64,000 nucleotides of DNA from positions 310,001 to 374,000 of the forward strand of contig NIVC01001016.1 in assembly GCA_002269645.1 (NCBI GenBank), written 5' to 3'. Under the pieces are notes generated by a model. It ran no database searches. It was given only the letters and a program-made list of their open reading frames with translations, and was not told where the DNA came from. The DNA is from Macrostomum lignano (lineage: Eukaryota). Within the stretch, counting starts at the first letter, position 1. Each line of letters begins with the position of its first letter. Shown here in pieces: positions 15,666-26,750 of the stretch. The position numbers and the translations under genes are program-made.

Positions 15666-18280
15666 TTAGCTAATTTCTACCTTCAAAATTTTCCCTGCTT
15701 GTCTCTCGCTGTCCCTCTCTTAGCTATAGGACCTAGACTGCTCGCCACACGATCAAGCTACCATGGGGCTGACCATCTGACAGGAGTGGGGGGCCAGGAC
15801 TCTAATTGATTTATTTCTGAGACCTGAGGCCCGAAGGCTTCCCCACATAAGGGGGCCCGAAGGTCGAAACCCATCAACCTCGACAATAGACTTACAGTAA
15901 TTCGACAAGCTAGAGCAAAAGTAGCGAAAATACTTTTGATTGAATATGTACTCAGACTTTTTTGTTAGGCTGCTGTGACAACGAGATATCTATGGAAAAA
16001 TTGGAGAAGCATATTTTAATATAGCTTTTAAAGCAACAGAATATTTCAAACTGGGCTTCAGCTTTAGCTTCAGTAATTTCGGGATTCCCTAGGGAAATCC
16101 CAGGGACGCGAAAGACCGCTTTTATTGTGTAGAAATGCTTTTTGTTCCCCTCCTTTTGCTGCGCTAAAAGTCCCGGATGTGCATTCAAGTTTTGCTCCTC
16201 AGAGGAGTGTCCTTTGGGGCAAGAGTCCTTTGGGGGCAGTCATTTTGCAGCATTCACTGCAGTCAGTTACCCGTTTGTGAGCTACCACTTCAAAATTTCG
16301 TTAACTTGTCGACTTACTGTATAGGTCTATGGTCGAGGTCCTGCTAAATTTTAGTTCATAACTTTTGTTTCCATTGTCCGTTTTTAATGATGTTAAAGAT
16401 AATATGAAGAAGAGAGTTGCCGCTATAAATATGTGCAAAATGATGTTATTTGGATCAGCACAGAACAAGAGATATAGTGAAAAGTAACACTTGGGACAGC
16501 CCTCGTAAAAGAGCTTGAACTTTTCAGGAAAGTAAAATTTTATTCCTGTGGATTTTCCTGTGTTTTGTCAAGAGGCGATGTGGAGGTGCAGCATAGGCGC
16601 AACGAAGATCTATTTTTTTTAAAATCTAACAGATTTTCGCTTGTTTGCAGCGAAGCAGTACTGAGCCACCTACTGAGCCACCTACTGAGATCAAGTTGGT
16701 ATTACATATCGATCGTTGATCGTCTACGACAGTCTCTGTGGCTTGAGTGACATTGAGTTGTGCTCCCATGATTAAATTGACTTTGGTAACAACCCAAAGG
16801 ACCACAGATTTAAAGATAAAAGAACTATAGCTAAATTATGATAGGGACGAACTTTTTTCAAACTTATATTCAGACCTGAGAGTACTTATCTTCTTCGCTA
16901 TTACTCTTAGTAGGCTAGTATAGGATTTTTCATTATTATTTTATAATTTTATGGAAAAGTCTATAGCTATTAAATAATTTGCTTTTGTCTTCCTACATTC
17001 AACTAATTAGTTTTAGTTACGAATTCGATTAGCTCAGCCAATCAGAGTCGAGCTGGTCCTCTCGGGCTCGTCCAATTAGAAAATTCGATGCTCGTTGTAA
17101 CAAATCTACGGATTTACGCGCACTTCAATAGAAATCAGTGACAGCATGAGTCATCTCGACAGACACTGGCAGCTTGCAGGTACCCTGATATATTGATTAG
17201 GTATCATGAGTCACAAGTTTAATTCAATTCAGTTTGTCCAAAAACTATCTTAGTGCACCGACCCAGTTTAAAAGAAGTGTGAACTGACCATCTGACAGGA
17301 GTGGAAGGGGAGAAGTGAAAATAACTTTTTCGCTATGAAGTTTAAAAATGTAGTAAAAAGAGCTCAAAAAGCCTTTCTTTCACCGATTCAATAATTATAA
17401 ATAATAAAAGATTGTGCATTCTAATAAAATGGGTTATTAGATGGTAATTTAGTTCATTTGCGTTAAGTTCAATAGATTTTTATTAAGTTACACAATAACT
17501 CTGACGAAATTTATTATCATAGAGACAAAAAAGTTTTCTTCTGTTTTGAAAAATTAGTCAACTGTTAACTTTATTCAAACTAAAATAAATCGGTTAACAA
17601 GTTTTTTATAGCTGCATAATATAATTAAATAGATTTTGTAACTTCTTAACTTCAGTTTAGTTTGCAGGACAAGAAACTTAGAAACAAAATTATTCGTTTA
17701 CGTTTAGTAATTCGTTTAGTTCCCTTTGCTTTTTAACACAATCTAGTAAAATAAAATTTAAAATTGATAGCGTTAATTAATTAGACTTCCGAAAAAATAT
17801 AAGAGAATTAAAACAAACAAAAAAACAGTTACTGCACTTGACACAATTTCTAATGAATTATAAAAGACAAATAGATTTTTTATTAAAGAAAACAACAAAA
17901 AGAGGGAAAAAGCGTTTAAAGAAAGCATTTAAGATAGTTAAAAAGCTATCTACTCTTTGCGTGTACGTGTATAAAATGTGATGTTCTCTACCTTGCAACA
18001 TAGTATAAAATAATTAGAAGATTGAATTGAATATTTACGGCGCTTATAGAGGAACAAAATACAGAAAAATATTCTACTTATTACATTAGCTCGTATATCT
18101 TTAATAACAAATTAAACATGACAAAAACTGTCTCGTCTCGATATGACAACCAAAATCTCAGCTATAGGTATCGGATCTCGGATGAGCTGTAACTACGCCA
18201 ATAATAAAACAATTTACCCCAAATGACACCGTCCTAAACTAACCCAAACCATCTGAAATGAAAATTACACACACATACAC

Positions 18281-19230
18281 ACCGTCCCAACTGAACCAGA
18301 AGCGTCTCAAATGAAAATGACACCACACCGTCCCAAATGAACCAGAAGCGTCTCAAATGAAAATGACACCACACCGTCCCAACTGAACCAGAAGCGTCTC
18401 AAATGAAAATGACACCACATCGTCCCAAGTGAACCAGAAGCGTCTCAAATGAAAATGACACCACACCGTCCCAAATGAACCAGAAGCGTCTCAAATGAAA
18501 ATGACACCACACCGTCCCAACTGAACCAGAAGCGTCTCAAATGAAAATGACACCACATCGTCCCAAGTGAACCAGAAGCGTCTCAAATGAAAATGACACC
18601 ATAACGTCCCAACTGAACCAGAAGCGTCTCAAATGAAAATGACACCATAACGTCCCAACTGAACCAGAAGCGTCTCAAATGAAAATGACACCATAACGTC
18701 CCAACTGAACCAGAAGCGTCTCAAATGAAAATGACACCATAACGTCCCAACTGAACCAGAAGCGTCTCAAATGAAAATGACACCATAACGTCCCAACTGA
18801 ACCAGAAGCGTCTCAAATGAAAATGACACCACACCGTCCCAACTGAACCAGAAGCGTCTCAAATGAAAATGACACCATAACGTCCCAACTGAACCAGAAG
18901 CGTCTCAAATGAAAATGACATCACACCGTCCCAACTGAACCAGAAGCGTCTCAAATGAAAATGACATCACACCGTCCCAACTGAACCAGAAGCGTCTCAA
19001 ATGAAAATGACATCACACCGTCCCAACTGAACCAAAAGCGTCTCAAATGAAAATGACACCACACCGTCCCAACTGAACCAGAAGCGTCTCAAATGAAAAT
19101 GACATCACACCGTCCCAACTGAACCAAAAGCGTCTCAAATGAAAATGACACCACACCGTCCCAACTGAACCAGAAGCGTCTCAAATGAAAATGACACCAC
19201 ACCGTCTCAAATAAAAACGACACCACACTG
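18281..19230. repeat. 46-bp minisatellite (accgtcccaactgaaccagaagcgtctcaaatgaaaatgacaccac), about 20 copies
   Basis: Contiguous units with no spacers; it starts just downstream of the fibrinogen-domain gene. Confidence 0.95.
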
Positions 19231-19308
19231 TCCAAATGGTCTCATCTAATAAAACGTGAAACGACTCAACACTCGCTCTGCATGGTTCGTACGAGCGTAG
19301 CTACAAAC

Positions 19309-21141
19309 TCAAATCTCCACCATGAGTCGAATGCTTTTCAACGCCTTTTTCTTGTCAGCGTCCCAATAGTGCATGGCCGAATTGCTGTTAAACTCAGCCG
19401 AGTAGATCCCGTTAGGGTTGCTGTCGGAGCACTGCTCGAACCACCAGCCGGCATAGCCGTAGGACTCTCGGGAGCAACTGTCCGAATTGTCATCGTTGTC
19501 CCTATCCAGAGTAGAGAATTTCATTCCCTTATTGATGCTGAGCGAATCTCCGCTGGTGTTGGAGCTTCCAGACAAATACGAATTGAATGTCATCAAGTAA
19601 TTTGTTGACGCGTCGCCAACTGAGAAGTCGGAGTACTCGGCAACGTAGAGCTTGTTCTCGCGAGTTACAGCCTCAATACGGAGGCGTCGCGGCGTGTTTC
19701 CAGTCAGTTCGTTGATTTTGCGCAATCCTTGAAATACAAAAATTGGCTGATCGGTTTATTTAAGCCTTCGAGGGTTTTTCGTGCGACTCACAGCCAAGAG
19801 GGCCAACCCCCCAAGGCACAGGCTCACTAGTCACTAGACTAAATCAGCTATTTAAAAACATTTTTATAGACTCATTACCAATCCAAAAGTCTTTGTCATC
19901 GCCGAATCCGTTTTCGTAGTCGGCCCAGCACTGAGCAAAGCTCAAAAAGCCTTTAGATCGTTGTTGGATAACTTGAAACTTGCGACTGCCAACGCTGGCG
20001 TACACATCTGCGGCATGGATTGCGTGAAGTGATTAATAAGTTATAGTTATACACAAATGCACTGCATTTAATACTGTAGCTATTGATGTTCTCTGTTGCG
20101 AACTGGACCTGGTCATCTTAATTGAACACTTCACCGACTGAGCTTAAGTCTAATCGAGCATCTAATTTACAGGCAGGGCCTGTGTGCAGCCTGGCGCACT
20201 TTGAGCGACATTGTCACACAACCGGCGAGAGGCATTACTGCCCATTCCGCAGACTCCCCTGAGCAGGCACACAAGCGCGCGGATACGTACTTAGACATAC
20301 GCACAGGCACACACTCACACAGGAGTGTACAGCGGCCCTAACTATTTATTTATAGTTAGACATGTACACTTCACTGTGCCTTGGGGGTTGGTTCTCAAGG
20401 TAGTTAATTGCACTATCAAGCCTGGGCCACAGACATATCAGAGCGCAGCGCTAGACCACTGGGCTACGGTCCACTGACACGGTCCACTGACACGGTCCAC
20501 TGACACGGTCCACTGACTGATTTGCTTTTGGCAAATCCACCAAAGTATCTTCCAATAAGAACTCACTAAAATCGGGCTTGCTCAGACGTTTCCTGTACAC
20601 GAAACTCGACGGTGCAGTGATGTCAAATCTGGCGCACCAAGTTGCCGAAAAGACGCAGCGGTTGAGATCCTGCCTAAAGGCGGTGGCGTAGCAGTTGACA
20701 GAGGCGCTGAATTTGCATCGCATCAGGCACTCAGCGACGGTGCGACCGTTCGAGAAGGTATACTCAGCGTATGCCGTCGAGATGGGAGGGTCACGGATGT
20801 AAACTGAAAATTTTCCAATGATATTCTCTGCGTTTTAGGCTTTGGCATTTTAATATAGGAAATTTTTCCCATCCTAGCTCAAAAAGGTGATACGAGTGTC
20901 CAACAGATCATTTAGATGCCTAACAAATGATTCAGGTGTCTAACAGATTATTGTAGTGTCCAACAGACAGATTATACGGGTGTCTAACAGATGCTACGGA
21001 ATCATTTTAGACGCAATGATAATTAGAACACCACTTACAATTGAAGTCAGTGTAGCCGGTCTGAGTCGCGATCACCCAAGGCAAGCAGCAGCCAGCGCAA
21101 GTCAGCAGTGTCGCAACAGCTCTAAAAGCAGAAGATGACAT
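19309..21141 (-). CDS. Secreted fibrinogen-related (FReD) protein with an N-terminal PAN/apple-like Cys domain (4 exons)
   Basis: Exons 21141-21039 (MSSSAFRAVATLLTCAGCCLPWVIA, signal peptide), 20803-20567 (TVAECLMRC...NC...NRCVF), 20007-19879 (VIQQR...WADYENGFG...FWIG) and 19727-19309 (LRIE...GDSL...MKFSTLDRDND...C...GWWFEQC...NPNG). All junctions are phase 1 and GT-AG. Confidence 0.85.
20165..20450 (-). mobile_element. 5'-truncated copy of SINE family B in FReD intron 2
   Basis: The reverse complement matches 41480-41725 (ccttgagaaccaacccccaaggcacagtgaagtgtacatg...gcctgctcaggggagtc). Confidence 0.75.
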
Positions 21142-21874
21142 TGGCTCGTTTTCTTTCTCAATCGGAATTTAGCCAGTGAAGAAATTTCGAGAGCGCGCTG
21201 CTTATCTCGGCGCTGTTATTTAACACAAGGAACCCCTGCCCCTACCTCTAACTCTACTATCTAACTCTGCTTTGTTGGCATGGATACCAATTGCATTTCA
21301 AGCAGAGACCCCGCGACAACAAAGGCGCTGCGATGCTATGGCCCGTAACTGTCTCTATTGTCAGCAGGTGGTCTCTCGACAGTCTCCAAGTTTGATTGAC
21401 AAGTTCACAACTACAAAAACGTGGGCGTTGTCTAAAACTTTTTTATTTGAGTTTAAAGTCGCTTAATCTTAAGAAGAAAGCTTTTATTTTAAAATTTTCG
21501 TCGAGAAAGTTGAAATCCACGCTTCGCTTGCTGACTAAAAAAGCTTTTCTCGTTCCTGACTGCCATTTGAGAATGATTTTTCTGCCGTCTTGTAGCGATA
21601 TCCTACTTACTAGTAAGTAATAAGTTTAGGAAAAATTCATTATTAAAATTAGTTACCTACAAAATCCTTTTCCAAAAGGCTGTCTTTAACGGTCCACAGG
21701 TTAGCTACTATCAGCTGTAACATAGCCCATCTAATGAAAATGCAACAAAGCATTCAATATGAAAAAAATGTTGCGATATTCTTCATATGCTACTTACAAT
21801 GCTGGAAAAAGGTAACGAGCAGTCTGCTAGATACTATTAGCTACTTTCGGTGTGTACCAGAAAATAGAGAATAG

Positions 21875-21989
21875 AGACTAGATATAGAAATAGCTACTTT
21901 TGATACATATCGGATAATAAATATAGAAATAGCTACTTTCTATACATATCGGATAATAAATATAGAAATAGCTACTTTCGATACATATC
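21875..21989. repeat. 39-bp minisatellite (atatcggataataaatatagaaatagctactttcgatac), left part interrupted by the Polinton
   Basis: About 3 units, in the same orientation as the array at 26312-26750. Confidence 0.9.
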
Positions 21990-22800
21990 AGTAGTAGGAA
22001 AGTGGTACCCTCCACCGCCATCGCACCGGATTGGCCGGGGCACCCGGCCAATGAGGGGAGAGGGCCCCCAAAAGACGCCCACCCCGACCCCAGACCCACC
22101 ACCGCCACGCACCCACCCCCGACCCCAACGCCGCCACGCACCCACCCCCGACCCCAAACCCACCACCGCCACGCACCCACCCCCGACCCCAAACCCACCA
22201 CTGCCGCACCTATCTCCGACCCCAAACCCACGCACCCACCCCGAGCCCAAACCGGGCCCCCTCCTGTCCTGCACCCCATCCCATATAACACGGTCCTTCT
22301 ATCCTGCACCCCATACTAAGGCCCCTTCCTGTCCTGCACCCCATCCCATACCAAGGCCCCTTCCTGTCCAGCACCCCATCCCATACCGGAGGCAGGAGAA
22401 ATGGGTCGGGCAAGCCCAGGAGTGGGGTCGGGCAGGCCGGTCGAGCAGGCCAGATGAGGGGTCGGGCAGCCGAGTGTCTGGTTGAGTGTCCAAGTGTGGG
22501 TATCGAGATGTGAATGAGTGTCCATTGGCGAGTGTCCTCCTACCGCGTGTGGTGACACGCAACACAGAGTTTCAATGTGATCCGGTAGAGGGTCCGATTG
22601 CTTGGAATTTCCGAGTAGAGAGGGGAAGGGATTCTATTGGTCGAGAAGGAATTCTATTGGTCGATAGGTCCCTGGCGAACGATTTGGTTTGGACCCTGCG
22701 GGAGAAGGGCCCCAGTACCCTTTATAAACAAAGCACCTGGGACTCAGTAGACCCCATAGATTATTTATTTATTTTAGATTAAATTAAAAATACAACGAAA

Positions 22801-23367
22801 ATGCAAATAACTTGCGACTTTTGCGAGTCATCAGTAATCGGGGGCATTGAGGAGCACTATGCGGTATGTCCTGCGATACCAGCACTGTTTGAGTCAGATG
22901 ACTCCCCAATGATTCATTTTCAACTGATTAAGGAGGCGTTTAATGGCAGGTCCCAACTTTACCGGGCCAGTGCATGCGGCGACCCGATGAATGTTTTGGA
23001 AAACACTCGTCAACCTTTCATTGACTTGATCACCCAGCATCAACGTGAGCCAGGAACCGCCATCAAAGTTCAGCTGCGCCTCGGAGTCCTGATGCAGCGC
23101 ATCATTAATGGTAGCTGCGCCGCCGAGAACACCGCCTGGTTTACTGCCAAGGTCCACTCTGTTTTTCGGAGTGAGGAGGAGCAATACTTCTCTGACGATA
23201 TACAGACTATACTCAACCGGATAGAGAAGTACCTACGCAATGGCAGTGGCTGGGTAATCAGGGCCACTCGGTGTGTTGACGTGTCAACCGCAAGTTATTA
23301 TCTACCGCATGGAGCGTCGTGCAAAAGGCCAAGAATGAGTTCAAGAAAGACTGCAACAAGCTGCTAA
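22801..23367 (+). CDS. 188-aa ORF corresponding to the N-terminal part of a Polinton-type protein-primed DNA polymerase B (left arm)
   Basis: It has a CxxC...HxxxC zinc-finger-like start and the IEKYLRNGSGWVI...YYLPHGAS segment, which resembles the GSGW...YxPxxGSS motif of invertebrate Polinton pPolB N-termini. It is preceded by a TATA-like ctttataaa. Confidence 0.7.
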   Translation: MQITCDFCESSVIGGIEEHYAVCPAIPALFESDDSPMIHFQLIKEAFNGRSQLYRASACGDPMNVLENTRQPFIDLITQHQREPGTAIKVQLRLGVLMQRIINGSCAAENTAWFTAKVHSVFRSEEEQYFSDDIQTILNRIEKYLRNGSGWVIRATRCVDVSTASYYLPHGASCKRPRMSSRKTATSC

Positions 23368-23570
23368 ACAACTCCCTGTAGACCATCGAGTATGTTCGCA
23401 AGCAAGTGGACTACGTGCTGGTTTATTCAGCAGGGAAGCCTGTGGCCAAGCCGACGTTCCGCGATCAGATGATTTTCAACGGGGATTTAGCTCTAGTGCA
23501 CATTCTCAAGACGAATGTTGTGCTCGACAGGCTAGTGTATATCGGCCAGTGCGATCTGTCTGGACACTAG
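23360..23570 (+). pseudogene. pPolB palm (motif B region) remnant, left arm
   Basis: A shifted frame reads LLNNSL*TIEYVRKQVDYVLV...VAKPTFRDQMIFNGDLALVHILKTNVVLDRLVYIGQCDLS, matching the pPolB pattern NS(x)FGKTMENVRK...KPNF...IF...L..VH....V..DKP.Y.G. Confidence 0.7.
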
Positions 23571-24529
23571 CAAGCTCTTTTTCTCACATTTTTTTTCTTT
23601 GTAAATATCTGATTTAAAACAACTATATGCATGTAAATTTAATACGAACATACTATATTTTGAATAATAATAAATACAAGCTTTACTCTATGATATTAAA
23701 AAAAAACTGGAAATTGTTAGCTAGTGGATAAAACTAAAAGCCTAAGCTGGAATTTTCTAGAAAATCATTGGTTCAGGAGTATATCGTATATACATACCTG
23801 CCCTACACTAAACTTGGGTCCGAGCTGTTTGTGCAACTCTCGTTTTAATGCCTGATAGCCGCCATAGCTGCCCGGTCTACTGCAGTCAAAATAAACACCT
23901 GGCAGAATTTTTGAAATTGCCTTTTTCTTTTTCATTTTACGAAATTTTTAGTACCTATCATTTTCTTATGCCAAACACCTGGCTTGAAAAAAAAACTGCC
24001 CACCCCCACCAGTTTCTGCGGATTTAGCGTTTCTAGCCTCTGTTGTGCACGAAAAATCATGGATTTCAATGGGAATTTTTACCCGAATGTGTGCACGAAA
24101 AACCTCGACACTTTGCATACTTTTTAACACTGTGCACGAAAACTTGCATACTTGTGCACAAAATACATGCATTTCAATAGGGATTTTTACTCGAACCTGT
24201 GCATGAAAATTGACGCATGTTATCAAAAAAGTCACGTCATAATGCGTATTTTTATCACTGTGCACGAAAACATACATACTCGTGTACAAAATACATACAT
24301 TTTAATGAGAATTTTAACCCAAAGATGTGCACAAAAAATAACCCATTATGGTAAAAATATTAATGTGAAAGAACATTTTTCTCTCCTGCAGTGTACCAAA
24401 TATTGAATATGGCAAAGCATGTATTTATTATTATTCAGAATATATTACGTTCGTATTAAATTCACATGCATATAGTTAAAAATTAAAGATATGTGAAAAG
24501 AAAAAAAAATGTGAGAAAAAGAGCTTGCT

Positions 24530-24710
24530 AGTGTCCAGATCGCACTGGCCGACACTGGCTTGTCATCTTGAGAATGTGCACTAGAGCTAAATCCCCGTTG
24601 AAAATCTTCTGGTCGCGGAATGCTGACTTGGCCACAGGCTTTGAATTGACTAGTCGGTAGTCCACTTGCTTGCGAACATTTTCGATGGTCTACAGGGAGT
24701 TGTTTAGCGG
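24530..24710 (-). pseudogene. pPolB palm remnant, right arm
   Basis: The minus strand reads LNNSL*TIENVRKQVDYRLVNSKPVAKSAFRDQKIFNGDLALVHILK. Confidence 0.7.
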
Positions 24711-25267
24711 CCCGTTGTCTTTCTTGAACTCATTCTTGGCCTTTTGCACGACGCTCCATGCGGTAGATAATAACTTGCGGTTGACACGTCAACACACCGA
24801 GTGGCCCTGATTACCCAGCCACTGCCATTGCGTAGGTACTTCTCTATCCGGTTGAGTATAGTCTGTATATCGTCAGAGAAGTATTGCTCCTCCTCACTCC
24901 GAAAAACAGAGTGGACCTTGGCAGCAAACCAGGCGGTGTTCTCGGCGGCGCAGCTACCATTAATGATGCGCTGCATCAGGACTCCGAGGCGCAGCTGAAC
25001 TTTGATGGCGGTTCCTGGCTCACGTTGATGCTGGGTGATCAAGTCAATGAAAGGTTGACGAGTGTTTTCCAAAACATTCATCGGGTCGCCGCATGCACTG
25101 GCCCGGTAAAGTTGGGACCTGCCATTAAACGCCTCCTTAATCAGTTGAAAATGAATCATTGGGGAGTCATCTGACTCAAACAGTGCTGGTATCGCAGGAC
25201 ATACCGCATAGTGCTCCTCAATGCCCCCGATTACTGATGACTCGCAGAAGTCACAAGTTATTTGCAT
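24704..25267 (-). CDS. Inverted, near-identical copy (187 aa) of the pPolB N-terminal ORF (right arm)
   Basis: The protein is identical to 22801-23367 except for WFTAK versus WFAAK and the last few residues. Confidence 0.7.
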   Translation of the reverse strand: MQITCDFCESSVIGGIEEHYAVCPAIPALFESDDSPMIHFQLIKEAFNGRSQLYRASACGDPMNVLENTRQPFIDLITQHQREPGTAIKVQLRLGVLMQRIINGSCAAENTAWFAAKVHSVFRSEEEQYFSDDIQTILNRIEKYLRNGSGWVIRATRCVDVSTASYYLPHGASCKRPRMSSRKTTGR

Positions 25268-26311
25268 TTTTGTTGTAAGTTATTTTATTTATTGTAACTT
25301 TATTAACGTAATTTTATATAAAATAAAAAATCTAAGGGCCGAGGTGCTTTATTTATAAAGGGTACTGGAGCCCTTCTCTCGCAGGGTCCAAACCAAATCG
25401 TTCGCCAGGGACCTATCGACCAATAGAATTCTTTCCCCACATTATACTCGGAAATCACTTCAAATGCTTGCTCGACCAATAGAATCCCTTCCCCTCTCTA
25501 CTCGGAAATTCCAAGCAATCGGACCCTCTACCCGTTAAGATCACATTGAAACTCTGTCTTGCGTGTCACCACACGCGATAGAGGACACTCACCAATGGAC
25601 ACTCATTCACAACTCGATACCCACCCTTGGACACTCAACCAGACACTCAGCTGCCCAACCCCTCATCTGGCCTGCTCGACCGGCCTGCCCGACCCCCACC
25701 CTTGGCCTGCTTGACCCCCCTCATCCAGCCTGCCCGACCCCACTCTTGGGCTTGCCCGACCCCAACCTAGGCTTGCCCGACATTTCTCCGGCCTCCGGTA
25801 TGGGATGGGGTGCAGGACAGGACGGGGGCCGGTTTGAGGTCGGGGTGGGCGACTTTGAGGGGCCCGGTTTGGGGTCGGAGGTAGGTGCGGCGGTGGTGGG
25901 TTTGGAGTCGGGGTGGGCGTCTTTGGCGGGCCCGGTTTGGGGTCGGAGGTAGGTGCGGCGGTGGTGGGTTTGGAGTCGGGGTGGGCGTCTTTGGCGGGCC
26001 CGGTTTGGGGTCGGAGGTAGGTGCGGCGGTGGTGGGTCTGGGGTCGGGGGTGGGTGCGTGGCGGTGTTGGGTTTGGGGTCGGGGTGGGCATCTTTGGGGG
26101 CCCGGTTTGGGGTCGGGGTGGGCATCTTTGGGGGGCCCGGTTTGGTCGGGGGTGGTGCTGGGCGGTGTTGGGTCTGGGGTCGGGGGTGGGTGCGTGGCGG
26201 TGGTGGGTCTGGGGTCGGGGTAGGCGTCTTTGGGGGCCCTCTCCCCTCATTGGCCGGGTGCCCCGGCCAATCCGGTGCGATGGCGGTGGAGGGTACCACT
26301 TTCCTACTACT

Positions 26312-26750
26312 CATATCGGATAATATATATAGAAATAGCTACTCTGGATACATATCCGATAATAGATATAGAAATAGCTACTTTCGATACATATCGGATA
26401 ATAAATATAGAAATAGCTACTTTCAATACATATCGGATAATAAATATAGAAATAGCTACTTTCGATACATATCGGATAATATATATAGAAATAGCTACTT
26501 TCGATACATATCGGATAATAAATATAGAAATAGCTACTTTCGATACATATCGGATAATATATATAGAAATAGCTACTCTGGATACATATCCGATAATAGA
26601 TATAGAAATAGCAACTTTCGATACATATCGGATAATAGATAGAGAAATAGCAACTTTCGATACATATCGGATAATAAATATAGAAATAGCTACTTTCGAT
26701 ACATATCGGATAATAGATAGAGAAATAACTACTTTCGATACATATCGGAT
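26312..26750. repeat. 39-bp minisatellite, right part (about 11 units)
   Basis: It continues the array interrupted at 21989. Confidence 0.95.

Larger units (their letters stand above)
13674..16507. mobile_element. Non-autonomous Tc1/mariner-type element with ~190-bp TIRs and nested insertions
   Basis: The left segment 13674-13886 (ta-cgagggctgacccaaaagtagtgttacttttc...gttatgaactaaaatatagcaggacc) is the reverse complement of 16336-16507 (ggtcctgctaaattttagttcataac...aagtaacacttgggacagccctcg-ta). Both ends are flanked by TA. Confidence 0.8.
21990..26311. mobile_element. Non-autonomous palindromic mini-Polinton/Maverick (4322 bp)
   Basis: Termini are agtagtaggaaagtggtaccc... and ...gggtaccactttcctactact, with a perfect 6-bp TSD catatc (21984-21989 and 26312-26317). 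The inverted arms span ~21990-23695 and ~24400-26311, and each carries pPolB-derived sequence. Confidence 0.88.

Noticed and set aside
18281-19230. 46-bp repeat array as a CRISPR
   Set aside because: The units are contiguous with no unique spacers, no cas genes are present, and the context is eukaryotic.
21875-26750. 39-bp repeats flanking ORFs as a CRISPR or as the element's own terminal repeats
   Set aside because: They are direct, spacer-less repeats outside the TSD, so they are the host target array.
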